From contig CATNEN010000008.1 of NCBI GenBank assembly GCA_950097015.1, positions 2,790,001 through 2,854,000 of the forward strand: DNA of 64,000 nucleotides, read 5' to 3'. The stretch comes from Macrostomum hystrix. Lineage: Eukaryota > Animalia > Platyhelminthes. The notes below the pieces were generated by a model. That model did not search any database and was not told where the DNA came from. It was given only the letters and a program-made list of their open reading frames with translations. Positions 25,209 through 37,380 of the stretch are shown piece by piece (within the stretch, counting starts at the first letter, position 1; each line of letters begins with the position of its first letter). Position numbers and translations under genes: made by a program.

Positions 25209-28200
25209 GCAAAAGGATGCAGAAACAGCTGCGCGATACTGTTGCGTCCCAACCTAGCCAGCGAGCCATTTCTTTGTCAGCTGCCACTGCGTGTCACACC
25301 AGGTCGGAACAGCTTCTTAGAGTCTGGAACCACCTTCTCATTTTCCTGAGGTATTTTTGTGCCAAATGTATTGTTAGCCTCACTGCCGCTTTTGCTAGAT
25401 CTTGCCTTCAAACTTCTCGGTTTCAGATAAAATTATCCAACTCCAATCTACTTTCTCTCCTTCTCCTACTCTACCTCTCCTCTCTCTCCTTCTCTCACTC
25501 GCCCTCTCCTCTCTCCTTCTCTCACTCTCCCTCTCGTCTCCTCTCTCTCCTTCTCTCACTCTCCCTCTCCTCTCTCTCCTTCTCTCCCTCTCCCTCTCCT
25601 CTCTCCTTCTCTCACTCTCCCTCTCCTCTCTCCTCTCACTCTCCCTCTCGTCTCCTCTCTCCCTTTCTCTCACTCTCCCTCTCCTCTCCCCCCTTCTCCT
25701 ACTCTACCTCTCCTCTCTCTCCTTCTCTCACTCTCCCTCTCCTCTCTCTCCTTCTCTCCCTCTCCTCTCTCCTTCTCTCACTTTCCCTCTCCTCTCTCTC
25801 CTTCTCTCCCTCTCCCTCTCCTCTCTCCTTCTCTCACTCTCCCTCTCCTCTCTCTCCTTCTCTCCCTCTCCCTCTCCTCTCTCCTTCTCTCACTCTCCCT
25901 CTCCTCTCTCCTCTCACTCTCCCTCTCGTCTCCTCTCTCCCTTTCTCTCACTCTCCCTCTCCTCTCCCCCCTTCTCTCACTCTCCCTCTCCTCTCTCCCT
26001 TTCTCTCACTCTCCCTCTCCTCTCTCTCCTTCTCTCACTCTCCCTCTCCTCTGTCCTCTCACTCTCCCTCTCGTCTCCTCTCTCCCTTTCTCTCACTCTC
26101 CCTCTCCTCTCCCTCCTTCTCTCACTCTCCCTCTCCTCTCTCCCTTTCTCTCACTCTCCCTCTCCTCTCCCTCCTTCTCTCACTCTCCCTCTCCTCTCTC
26201 CCTTTCTCGCACTCTCCCTCTCCTCTCTCTCCTTCTATCACTCTTCCTCTCGTCTCCTCTCTCTCCTTCTCTCACTCTCCCTCTCCTTCCTTTTCTACCC
26301 AGTCCGACTCTCACACCCGTGTTTTCTCCTCTCCTTCATTTTTCATTTTTGTTTTAGTTCGCTTGGATTTTCTTGACAGTGGATTTTCGTTCCAGCAGCG
26401 TCCAGTTCAGGCCTCCACTAAACTGCAGCTTTGGATCATTAAGAAAAAAACAATTTTTCTACCAATTAAAAATCGAATTCTTCATCTGTTCGCCCCTGTC
26501 CTCCATATTTCTGCGGCTTGGCCCGGGAAATGCCAAAACAGAAGAAGTCCAAAAGACGGAAATCGTAGAAGCAGCAGCAGCGGCGGCAGCAAAAATCGGA
26601 AGAAAGGGTGTCCAGTCCGTGTCGAGTCCCCGTGACAGATGGGCTCAGGTGTCCGAGCTGCTTGTTCCGCTGCCAAGAACGGCTGAGAGTTTCTAGAAAT
26701 TTCTTTTCGGCTTTGTTGTCAGCGCCGGGGGTGGCACTCGGAGTTGGGGTGGGTGACCGAGTGCAAAAGGGGAGACAAAACTATTTCCGTTAATTGGGAA
26801 ACGAATGGCAGGAGGCGCGGAGGTGGCGCCTGTGTTGACGGAACAAATAATTGCACCAGTTTCGCGTCATACTACTGAAGGGCATAATTGTCAGTAGAAA
26901 TATATGAGTTTTGCAATCTGAAAGCAGCAACTAATGCAAAAATGACTGATGATGCAATCTAATAATCGATTGGAATCTTAATCGAAAGATGAAGATGTGA
27001 TAACAGAGATATTGAGATCAGTTAACAGGTGACATTGAGATCAGTTAACAGGTGACATTGAGATCAGTTAACAGGTGACATTGAGATCAGTTTACAGGTG
27101 ACATTGAGATCAGTTAACAGGTGACATTGAGATCCGTTAACAGGTGACATTGAGATCAGTTTACAGGTGACATTGAGATCCGTTAACAGGTGACATTGAG
27201 ATCAGTTAACAGGTGACATTGAGATCAGTTAACAGGTGACATTGAGATCAGTTTACAGGTGACATTGAGATCAGTTAACAGGTGACATTGAGATCAGTTA
27301 ACAGGTGACATTGAGATCCGTTAACAGGTGACATTGAGATCCGTTAACAGGTGACATTGAGATCCGTTAACAGGTGACATTGAGATCAGTTAACAGGTGA
27401 CATTGAGATCAGTTAACAGGTGACATTGAGATCAGTTTACAGGTGACATTGAGATCAGTTAACAGGTGACATTGAGATCCGTTAACAGGTGACATTGAGA
27501 TCAGTTTACAGGTGACATTGAGATCCGTTAACAGGTGACATTGAGATCAGTTAACAGGTGACATTGAGATCAGTTAACAGGTGACATTGAGATCAGTTTA
27601 CAGGTGACATTGAGATCAGTTAACAGGTGACATTGAGATCCGTTAACAGGTGACATTGAGATCAGTTAACAGGTGACATTGAGATCCGTTAACAGGTGAC
27701 ATTGAGATCAGTTTACAGGTGACATTGAGATCCGTTAACAGGTGACATTGAGATCAGTTAACAGGTGACATTGAGATCAGTTAACACGTGACATTGAGAT
27801 CAGTTTACAGGTGACATTGAGATCAGTTAACAGGTGACATTGAGATCAGTTAACAGGTGACATTGAGATCCGTTAACAGGTGACATTGAGATCAGTTAAC
27901 AGGTGACATTGAGATCCGTTAACAGGTGACATTGAGATCCGTTAACAGGTGACATTGAGATCAGTTAACAGGTGACATTAAGATCAGTTAACAGGTGACA
28001 TTGAGATCCGTTAACAGGTGACATTGAGATCAGTTTACAGGTGACATTGAGATCCGTTAACAGGTGACATTGAGATCAGTTAACAGGTGACATTGAGATC
28101 AGTTAACACGTGACATTGAGATCAGTTTACAGGTGACATTGAGATCAGTTAACAGGTGACATTGAGATCAGTTAACAGGTGACATTGAGATCCGTTAACA

Positions 28201-31200
28201 GGTGACATTGAGATCAGTTAACAGGTGACATTGAGATCCGTTAACAGGTGACATTGAGATCAGTTAACAGGTGACATTGAGATCAGTTAACAGGTGACAT
28301 TGAGATCAGTTTACAGGTGACATTGAGATCAGTTAACAGGTGACATTGAGATCCGTTAACAGGTGACATTGAGATCAGTTTACAGGTGACATTGAGATCC
28401 GTTAACAGGTGACATTGAGATCAGTTAACAGGTGACATTGAGATCAGTTAACAGGTGACATTGAGATCAGTTTACAGGTGACATTGAGATCAGTTAACAG
28501 GTGACATTGAGATCCGTTAACAGGTGACATTGAGATCAGTTAACAGGTGACATTGAGATCCGTTAACAGGTGACATTGAGATCAGTTTACAGGTGACATT
28601 GAGATCCGTTAACAGGTGACATTGAGATCAGTTAACAGGTGACATTGAGATCAGTTAACAGGTGACATTGAGATCAGTTTACAGGTGACATTGAGATCAG
28701 TTAACAGGTGACATTGAGATCAGTTAACAGGTGACATTGAGATCCGTTAACAGGTGACATTGAGATCAGTTAACAGGTGACATTGAGATCCGTTAACAGG
28801 TGACATTGAGATCCGTTAACAGGTGACATTGAGATCAGTTAACAGGTGACATTAAGATCAGTTAACAGGTGACATTGAGATCCGTTAACAGGTGACATTG
28901 AGATCAGTTAACAGGTGACATTGAGATCAGTTAACAGGTGACATTGAGATCAGTTAACAGGTGACATTGAGATCAGTTAACAGGTGACATTGAGATCCGT
29001 TAACAGGTGACATTGAGATCAGTTTACAGGTGACATTGAGATCAGTTTACAGGTGACATTGAGATCAGTTAACAGGTGACATTGAGATCAGTTTACAGGT
29101 GACATTGAGATCAGTTAACAGGTGACATTGAGATCAGTTTACAGGTGACATTGAGATCAGTTAACAGGTGACATTGAGATCAGTTAACAGGTGACATTGA
29201 GATCAGTTTACAGGTGACATTGAGATCAGTTTACAGGTGACATTGAGATCAGTTAACATGTGACATTGAGATCAGTTAACAGGTGACATTGAGATCAGTT
29301 AACAGGTGACATTGAGATCAGTTAACAGGTGACATTGAGATCAGTTAACAGGTGACATTGAGATCAGTTTACAGGTGACATTGAGATCAGTTAACAGGTG
29401 ACATTGAGATCAGTTAACAGGTGACATTGAGATCAGTTAACAGGTGACATTGAGATCCGTTAACAGGTGACATTGAGATCAGTTAACAGGTGACATTGAG
29501 ATCAGTTAACAGGTGACATTGAGATCCGTTAACAGGTGACATTGAGATCAGTTAACCGTCGAAGACTCAATGCAAGCATATTGTTTGCAAATTCGACTCT
29601 CAGGCATCCACGACCTGAAGATCGAGGACCTGCAAATCGACGACCAGGGCGAATACACCTGCCAGGTGTCCAAGGTCGGGCCAGGCGGCAGCGGCCGGCC
29701 GGCTGCCACCGTGAAGGCATTCCTGCGAGTGCTGAAGAATCTGAACCGGTTGGAGCTGATGCAGCGAGTGAACGCCACCTCGGCGAAGCTGGAGGCCCGC
29801 AGTTTGACGCAGCCGTTTCGGCTGCCAGCTGGCCAGTCCGGGGAGCTCGTCTGTGTGGCCGCGGGTTCGAATCCGGCCGCCTCAGTCAGCTGGTCATTCA
29901 GTGGAGGCGTGGTGGTGCCAGTGCCAGCTTATTCAAAGCAGCAAGAGAAGCGCAGCTTTGATCGCCCAGTCAAAGGCACCACCTGGATGGAGAAGCTGGA
30001 GCTCAAGAACAAGCTGTGAGCATAACTTCGATCAATTTAAATTAGATGGTACCTAGTGATTGGATTTTTTCACTCTCTCTCCCGCAGTACAACAGTGCAG
30101 TCGGTTCTCAAACTGGATGGCCAATCGGTGACCGACGCCAAGCAAAACTTGCTAATTGAATGCCACGCCCAGGTGTCTAGCTATGAGCTAAAGCCATTTT
30201 CAATTTCCACGCGTCTCTACGTGACAGTGCCGCCAACTGTTAGTCTGGCTATCGAACCGCAAAGGCCGCATAATGAGTATCACGAGCACGACACTGTGAC
30301 AGCGGTGTGCACTGCTACTGGCCGGCCGGACAACTTTGTGTACACGTAAATAAAAAATTTAATAGGCTCATGACTAAAAATAGAACATTAAAGAGGAATC
30401 TCGGATGACAGAGGGTGGGCCGGGTGCAGTATCTAAAAATAGAACATTAAAGAGGAATCTCGGATGACAGAGGGCGGGCCGGGTGCAGTATCTAAAAATA
30501 GAACATTAACGAGGAATCTCGGATGACAGAGGGCGGGCCGGGTGCGGTATCTAAAAATAGAACATTAACGAGGAATCTCGGATGACAGAGGGCGGGCCGG
30601 GTGCAGTATCTAAAAATAGAACATTAACGAGGAATCTCGGATGACAGAGGGCGGGCCGGGTGCAGTATCTAAAAATAGAACATTAACGAGGAATCTCGGA
30701 TGACAGAGGGCGGGCCGGGTGCAGTATCTAAAAATAGAACATTAACGAGGAATCTCGGATGACAGAGGGCGGGCCGGGTGCAGTATCTAAAAATAGAACA
30801 TTAACGAGGAATCTCGGATGACAGAGGGCGGGCCGGGTGCAGTATCTAAAAATAGAACATTAACGAGGAATCTCGGATGACAGAGGGCGGGCCGGGTGCA
30901 GTATCTAAAAATAGAACATTAACGAGGAATCTCGGATGACAGAGGGCGGGCCGGGTGCAGTATCTAAAAATAGAACATTAACGCGGAGGTTGGGTGGGGA
31001 GACAAAATCTGAGGGTGAGGGGGGTGAAAAACGTTCAGTATCTAAAAATATAACAGTTTTTATACGTTTGTTCATCAAGAGGGTGAGAAGTCTGAGGGAG
31101 AGATTTTTTGCCAGCCAATAAGTAGCTGGAGGGAGTGGGTAGGCTGAACTTTCATGACCTTAGATGACAGCCAATCAGAAAGCAAAAGTAGATGGCGAAG

Positions 31201-34200
31201 ATTACTTAAGTTTATGAAGCACGTATAAAATGTCTGCATAACTCGGTCCCAAACAGTTGGTCGATTGACTCGAACGGAGCCGTTCTTCCGCCTTCGGCGC
31301 CGACAGCGTCCCGTCTGACCCTGACGCTGAATCGCAAGCATCACGGCCGCACCCTTCGCTGCACGGTGGCTAATCACGCCAAATCGAATGCGACGGCACA
31401 GCTGCGCGTCCGCTACGGTCCGAAATTCGCGCCCTCGCTTCCGGCTCTCTACGCGGCCAGGGTCGGCGGTCTGGCGGATTTGTCGTGCGCCGCCGACGCA
31501 AATCCGGAGCCGATCTACGCGTGGAGGAGAGCGCCCGCCGCTGTTGCAGCCGGCCTAATCGGCATGGACAGCGGCCCGGTGGTCGGTCAGATGTCACACA
31601 TGCGCATGACTAATCTTAAACCTGACGATTTCGGCGAGTACATCTGCACAGTCAGCGGGGCTGAGTTCTCGTCAATCTCTAGGCGAGTTCTTCTAGCCCA
31701 GATGGCGCGCCCGAGATGCGAGTCAGCTAGCCAGCAATTCGCCAGAATTGGACGGAACTTTAGGCTGGAGTGCCGGGTAGTGTCCGTGCCTGGACCCAGC
31801 AGCGATGGAGGCCTGCTCTGGTATCGCAACGGACGCAAGCTGGAGTCTGGGAACCGGTGAGTCTGGGAACTGGGAACCGGTGAGTCTAGGAACTGGGAAC
31901 CGGTGAGTCTGGGAACCGGTGAGACTGGGAACTGGGAACCGGTGAGTCTGGGAACCGGTGAGACTGGGAACCGGTGAGTCTGGGAACTGGGAACCGGTGA
32001 GTCTGGGAACTGGGAACCGGTGAGTCTGGGAACTGGGAACCGGTTAGTCTGGGAACTGGGAACCGGTTAGTCTGGGAACTGGGAACCGGTGAGTCTGGGA
32101 ACCGGTGAGTCTGGGAACCGGTGAGTCTGGGAACTGGGAACCGGTGAGTCTGGGAACTGGGAACCGGTGAGTCTGGGAACTGGGAACCGGTGAGTCTGGG
32201 AACTGGGAACCGGTGAGTCTGGGAACTGGGAACCGGTGAGTCTGGGAACTGGGAACCGGTGAGTCTGGGAACTGGGAACCGGTGAGTCTGGGAACTGGGA
32301 ACCGGTGAGTCTGGGAACTGGGAACCGGTGAGTCTGGGAACTGGGAACCGGTGAGTCTGGGAACTGGGAACCGGTGAGTCTGGGAACTGGGAACCGGTGA
32401 GTCTGGGAACTGGGAACCGGTGAGTCTGGGAACTGGGAACCGGTGAGTCTGGGAACTGGGAACCGGTGAGTCTGGGAACTGGGAACCGGTGAGTCTGGGA
32501 ACTGGGAACCGGTGAGTCTGGGAACTGGGAACCGGTGAGTCTGGGAACTGGGAACCGGTGAGTCTGGGAACTGGGAACCGGTGAGTCTGGGAACTGGGAA
32601 CCGGTGAGTCTGGGAACTGGGAACCGGTGAGTCTGGGAACTGGGAACCGGTGAGTCTGGGAACTGGGAACCGGTGAGTCTGGGAACTGGGAACCGGTGAG
32701 TCTGGGAACTGGGAACCGGTGAGTCTGGGAACCGGTGAGTCTGGGAACTGGGAACCGGTGGGTCTGGGAACTGGGAACCGGTTAGTCTGGGAACTGGGAA
32801 CCGGTGAGTCTGGGAACTGGGAACCGGTGAGTCTGGGAACTGGGAACCGGTGAGTCTGGGAACTGGGAACCGGTGAGTCTGGGAACCGGTGAGTCTGGGA
32901 ACCGGTGAGTCTGGGAACCGGTGAGTCTGGGAACCGGTGAGTCTGGGAACCGGTGAGTCTGGGAACTGGGAACCGGTGAGTCTGGGAACTGGGAACCGGT
33001 GAGTCTGGGAACTGGGAACCGGTGAGTCTGGGAACTGGGAACCGGTGAGTCTGGGAACTGGGAACCGGTGAGTCTGGGAACTGGGAACCGGTGAGTCTGG
33101 GAACTGTGAACTGTGAATATTAGAAACACGCGAGTCATTCAAAGCCCTTGAAGCCATTACAAAGATCCAGCGCAGTGCAGCAGTTTTGCCTCTACTCACT
33201 CATTCAGGCTTCGGGTCTACCAAGAGGACTTCCTTGGCGGCACAACTGCCTACGTCCACTTTGAGGAAGTTGCGTCTGACGATTTCGGAATTTACAACTG
33301 CACCGCCAAGAATGAAATGGGAAGCGACAGCCTGCTAATTAGCCTCACTATCGAAGGTGAGGCTGGAAAAGTTTTTGCACAAAATGAAAACAAAACACAG
33401 AAGCGACTGAAAGTAGAGTAGAAAGCGCATTATATTTTCTACAAAAAGCTTTGAAATTTTATCCATGTGAGAGCGATTCGACCCAAATTGATCCCTCAGA
33501 CAATATCCCGGTTGCCTTTATCGCTGGCGCCTCAACAGCCCTAGTGATGGTGCTGGTGTTCATGCTGGTGCTGCTCTGCGTCTGCCGCAAGGGCTACTGG
33601 GACAGTCGGGCAGCCGCCGATCAGCGCAACATGAGTGAGTGGGGATTGGCTTCAAACAACTGTGTCTAACAGGTGAACAGTGGTGTCTAACAGGTGAACA
33701 GTGGTGTCTAACAGGTGAACAGTGGTGTCTAACAGGTGAAAAACGGTGTCTAACAGGTGAACAGTGGTGTCTAACAGGTGAACAGAGGTGTCTAACAGGT
33801 GAACAGTGGTGTCTAACAGGTGAACAGTGGTGTCTAACAGGTGAACAGTGGTGTCTAACAGGAGTACAATTGTGTCTAACAGGTGAACAGTGATGTCTAA
33901 CAGGTGAACAGTGGTGTCTAACAGGTGAACAGTGGTGTCTAACAGGTGAACAGTGGTGTCTAACAGGAGTACAATTGTGTCTAACAGGTAAAAGTTGAAA
34001 AGCGGTGTCTAACAGGAGAACCGTGGTGTCTAACAGTAGAACAGTGGTTTCTAACAGGTGAACAGTGGTGCCTAACAGGTGAACTGTGGTATCGAACAGG
34101 TGAACAGTGGTGTCTAACAGGAGTACAGTTGTGTCTAACAGGTAAAAGTTGAAAAGCGGTGTCTAACAGGAGAACCGTGGTGTCTAACAGTAGAACAGTG

Positions 34201-35555
34201 GTTTCTAACAGGTGAACAGTGGTGCCTAACAGGTGAACTGTGGTATCGAACAGGTGAGATTCCAGCATTTAGTCGATCATCGTCAACCTTTAACCCACAT
34301 CTCAGAGAAGCAGCAGTCAAGTCGGCTGCCGCCTGATCATCTGGATGTTGAACCTCCTGACTCCGATGATGACAACAATGGCATCAGTGGAGGCCAGATT
34401 AGCAACGGTTGTCGGCGCCCTCGACTTCAGCATCAGCATCAGCAGCAGCAGCCAGCGGCCTCCTCGCTGCGAAGACGCTACGGTGATCCATGCGGCGATG
34501 ACGCACTAACCGTCGAGGTCGCGCCAAGCGACATCGGCCTGGCCGGGGGCGGCGGCGGCGGCTACCCGGCGTTCGTCGGCTGCGCCGTCCACGGCAGTCT
34601 GGGCCGGCAGCCGCTCTCACCGCCGCAGCTGCCTGCCGCCAGCCTTGCCGGGCCTCATCAGAGGGGGTATCAGCGACCGGCGTCGGCTTATCCCGGCATC
34701 GACTTGTCCGACCTGACGCCGAGTCAGCAGAACTGCCTGGGCCAGGTTCTGTCGCCAGCGAGACGATCGCAGCCGCAGCAGCTTCAGCAGGCCGCGGCGG
34801 CGGCGGAGGAGCCGGCTGAGGAGGCCGGGCAGGAGGAGTGAGCGATTGGGATTCTTGATTGTGTTAGGGATCTCTAAATGGGAAGAGAGATATTCCCATT
34901 TAACAGAAAGAAAATGGTCGGCTAGATGATCATTACCAATGTGATTACGAAATCGACGTCAATTCCAAGTGAGAATTAGGTGCAGTTATGATGATTGCCA
35001 AGATCCCCACCGTCGGGATAATGATTGTTAATATCCCCACCTCCGTCGGGATGATGATTGCCTAGCATCCCCACCCTCGGGATGATGATTGCCAAGATCC
35101 CCACCGTCGGAAGGATGATTGCTAATATCCCTACTTCCGTCGGGATGATGATTGCCAGCATGGCCTTCGCTTCCTCAACTATGGCGCCAATGCCCCCCAC
35201 CCGTTGCAGCAGCGTCAGGAGCTGCGACTCAGGCTACGGCGGCGCTCAGGCGGCAGCACAGCTGGGCCATCACCCGGCCAACCAGCTGGGCTCCTCCGAT
35301 TCCAGCGTCGACTCGAAGCTCAGCGGCGGACATCAGCATCATGTGACCTTTCATCCGACTCCGTGCGTCATTCACCACTACCCCGGTGCCTCGCTGCCGA
35401 AAACCGGCTGCCCGATTCACAGCATTCCGCACGGACTAGCCGCTGCCGCGGCCGGGGGCACCGTCGGGATGATGATGGGCGGCGCCGGCGCCGGTGGGGG
35501 CATTATTCGAAGGCAGCCAACTATCGATGAAGACCAGCCCACAACTGAGGTGTAG
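19469..35555 (+). CDS. KIRREL: KIRREL/NEPH1 (Kirre/Rst/SYG-1)-like cell-adhesion protein: 5 Ig domains, TM helix, long cytoplasmic tail ending in class I PDZ motif TTEV; signal-peptide exon not located
   Basis: Exons 19469-19678, 29604-30015, 30088-30345, 31257-31856, 33208-33356, 33500-33634, 34306(or 34273)-34837, 35210(or 35159/35066)-35555. All are GT-AG and phase-consistent. Ig signatures: LPC..VFWHRDG..DLKI..DDQGEYTCQV; ELVCVAAGSNPAASVSW; TLRCTVAN; DDFGEYICTV; DDFGIYNCTAKNEMGSD. TM: IPVAFIAGASTALVMVLVFMLVLLCVC. Five Ig domains and no FN3 argue for NEPH/KIRREL rather than nephrin. Confidence 0.85.
19695..20118. repeat. 15/16-bp minisatellite (GGGTGAGATTCTGAA[A]) starting just after the 19678 donor
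   Basis: Direct periodicity; the unit resembles the junction AAGG|GTGAG. Confidence 0.95.
20831..21403. mobile_element. hAT-type MITE (573 bp) with internal 16-bp tandem array
   Basis: Perfect 15-bp TIR CAGTGGCGCAACCAG (20831-20845) / CTGGTTGCGCCACTG (21389-21403). 8-bp TSD GTAGTTTG (20823-20830 and 21404-21411). (CCCTTTGCGTACATTG)n at about 20870-21058. No coding capacity. Confidence 0.93.
21445..21621 (-). mobile_element. tRNA-derived SINE, 5'-truncated copy
   Basis: Reverse complement of the 10073-10250 body, including the tail. Confidence 0.82.
23622..24864. repeat. 23-bp minisatellite (TCTGAAGTACTGTCTACTTCCAA and variants), ~54 copies
   Basis: 23-nt periodicity; homogeneous on the left, mixed variants on the right. 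Confidence 0.96.
25450..26295. repeat. CT-rich low-complexity tract
   Basis: Almost exclusively C/T; gives stop-free Leu/Ser/Pro ORFs. Confidence 0.92.
27011..29556. repeat. 23-bp minisatellite (ATTGAGATCAGTTAACAGGTGAC), ~110 copies, ending 47 nt before the 29604 exon
   Basis: 23-nt periodicity; each unit carries AACAG|GTGA. Confidence 0.97.
30373..30983. repeat. 59-bp minisatellite, ~10 copies, intronic
   Basis: TCTAAAAATAGAAC at 30432, 30491, 30550 and onward. Confidence 0.96.
31843..33105. repeat. 16/23-bp minisatellite (GAGTCTGGGAACCGGT / GAGTCTGGGAACTGGGAACCGGT) beginning inside the exon and repeating its donor site
   Basis: The last 14 exonic nt plus GT form one 16-mer unit. Confidence 0.97.
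33664..34256. repeat. 21-bp minisatellite (TCTAACAGGTGAACAGTGGTG), ~28 copies, intronic
   Basis: 21-nt periodicity. Confidence 0.95.
34988..35158. repeat. Short degenerate 30/33-bp repeat (ATGATGATTGCCAAGATCCCCACCGTCGGG), ~5 copies, at the last intron/exon boundary
   Basis: Repeated ATGATTG..ATCCCCAC..CGTCGGG units. Confidence 0.85.
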
Positions 35556-35565
35556 CTGACAAAAC

Positions 35566-35666
35566 GGATTGCTAGTCTATCCCATGGGTGAAGGAACAGA
35601 ATGGATTGCTAGTCTATCCCATGGGTGAAGGAACAGAATGGATTGCTAGTCTATCCCATAGGTGAA
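35566..35666 (+). repeat. 37-bp repeat (GGATTGCTAGTCTATCCCATGGGTGAAGGAACAGAAT), ~2.7 copies, 10 nt after the KIRREL stop
   Basis: Units start at 35566, 35603 and 35640. Confidence 0.93.
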
Positions 35667-36399
35667 CACAGCCCACAATAGCTCCTACCTGTACATGCGC
35701 AATAATAGGTACAATGGCATCCTCAAGCACTGTGTTTGCAGCATATTTGAGTTTTTGACTCAAGCTTGTAGAGCAGGCTTCACAATTTTAGCATTCTTTT
35801 TTATAACTCAAAAACCTTGTTCTGTACAGATAAACTGCCACTTGTACATGTTAGCAGACAGTTCTATTGCATTAATACGCGTGTCGTTCGATTACCTAGA
35901 AGCCCACTCGCGCACATAGCTACTTAGATTTGATGTAGTCAGTAGTGAAGCATGCAGTCTAGTTCACAAATTCACTTGCTTGGAATACGAAAAAAATCAC
36001 ACTCCGCACTTCCACGTTAGATATGGCGGACTCGAGCATATCCTTTTGCTGCTACTGGTGAGTAGTGCAGCACGCATATTATACTTTTTAAGCCCAGATG
36101 TCTATTGCAGTTCAATTTTTTAAAATATGAAATCCTGGTTGATAAAAATGCTCCTCTGCCTTGCAATTATTTTTCTGTTCTCATTTCTTTCCGAGCTCAC
36201 TGATCCTGTGATGCACTTTTATTCGAATGTACCGATGCAAGGATCAGACAGATTGTACATGTTTTAACTAAGAATTTGCAAAGCAGATGTTGATCGCATG
36301 TGATTAAAAGAAATATAAAAAATGTAACTTTAAGTACCATAAAGACTGACAACTAATGGATTTTTATTTCTAATGTGCTTTCTACATGCTTCTCCCTCC

Positions 36400-36735
36400 G
36401 CCTCCCCGCATCTCTTCCATCCCTCACCCTCCCCCAGCCCTGTCTCTCTTCCCTCCCTCACCCACCCCCAGCCCTGTCTCTCTTCCCTCCCTCACCCTCC
36501 CCCAGCCCTGTCTCTCTTGCCTCCCTCACCCACCCCTGTCTCTCTTCCCTCCCTCACCCTCCCCTAGCCCTGTCTCTCTTGCCTCCCTCACCCACCCCCT
36601 ATCCCTGTCTCTCTTGCCTCCCTCACCCACCCCCTATCCCTGTCTCTCTTGCCTCCCTCACCCACCCCCTATCCATGTCTCTCTTGCCTCCCTCACCCAC
36701 CCCCTATCCCTGTCTCTCTTGCCTCCCTCTCTGTC
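36400..36735. repeat. C/T-rich degenerate minisatellite (CCCTGTCTCTCTTGCCTCCCTCACCCACCCCC...)
   Basis: Recurrent units. Confidence 0.85.
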
Positions 36736-37380
36736 TGTCTGGGCAAATGAACAAAAAAAGAGCAGAAAAGCGAATTCAAAGTTGCATACAGAGGCGCAGA
36801 ACAAACATTGTACGCGGAAGATCACACAGATTCAGCGCCAACCGCGTGTGTACACTCTGTATTGTGCAATAACTTTTGTTACCCTCGAAAAAACTTCAGC
36901 AAATATTTGGTGAAGTCAGGTTTTAAAGTCAGGTTGAAATAATACAGATTGACAGCTAAATATTTGGAAGACTATATATATTTATATGTAAAAAAAGATG
37001 GCAAAAATAGATATTATCTTGCTGGCACACAAGTTTGGATATCAGGAAAAAAAGAAAAGTGAAAGATTAGCCTAGCTGGTTTGAAAGCAACAGAAAAAAA
37101 TACTTTTCATTAACGATGAATATATATATAATATATATTTCATGAAACACTAAAAACTTCGACGTAGCAATAATGCGCAATAAAGGAATCCAATTAAATC
37201 CATGAAAAAACCGCATGAAACTAAAAAACAAATGAAAACAACTCTTTATAAGGCAACAAAATACAGAAAACTGATCAGACAACAAAAAGCTGGAAAACAA
37301 AAAAATAATTTACACATCAAATAATTTGGGATTTTTAGTTTTCCCAAAACTGTCATCCCCAGAGATCTCAAAAAAATGAC

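Noticed and set aside
25217-26635. 472-aa Leu/Ser/Pro ORF
   Set aside because: The C/T-only tract cannot form stop codons; no domain signal.
23622-30983. Regular 23-59-bp direct repeats as CRISPR arrays
   Set aside because: Head-to-tail units with no unique spacers, no cas genes, and a eukaryotic intronic context.
31886-33199. 437-aa minus-strand ORF (FPVPRLTGSQ...)
   Set aside because: Antisense translation of the 16/23-bp intronic array.
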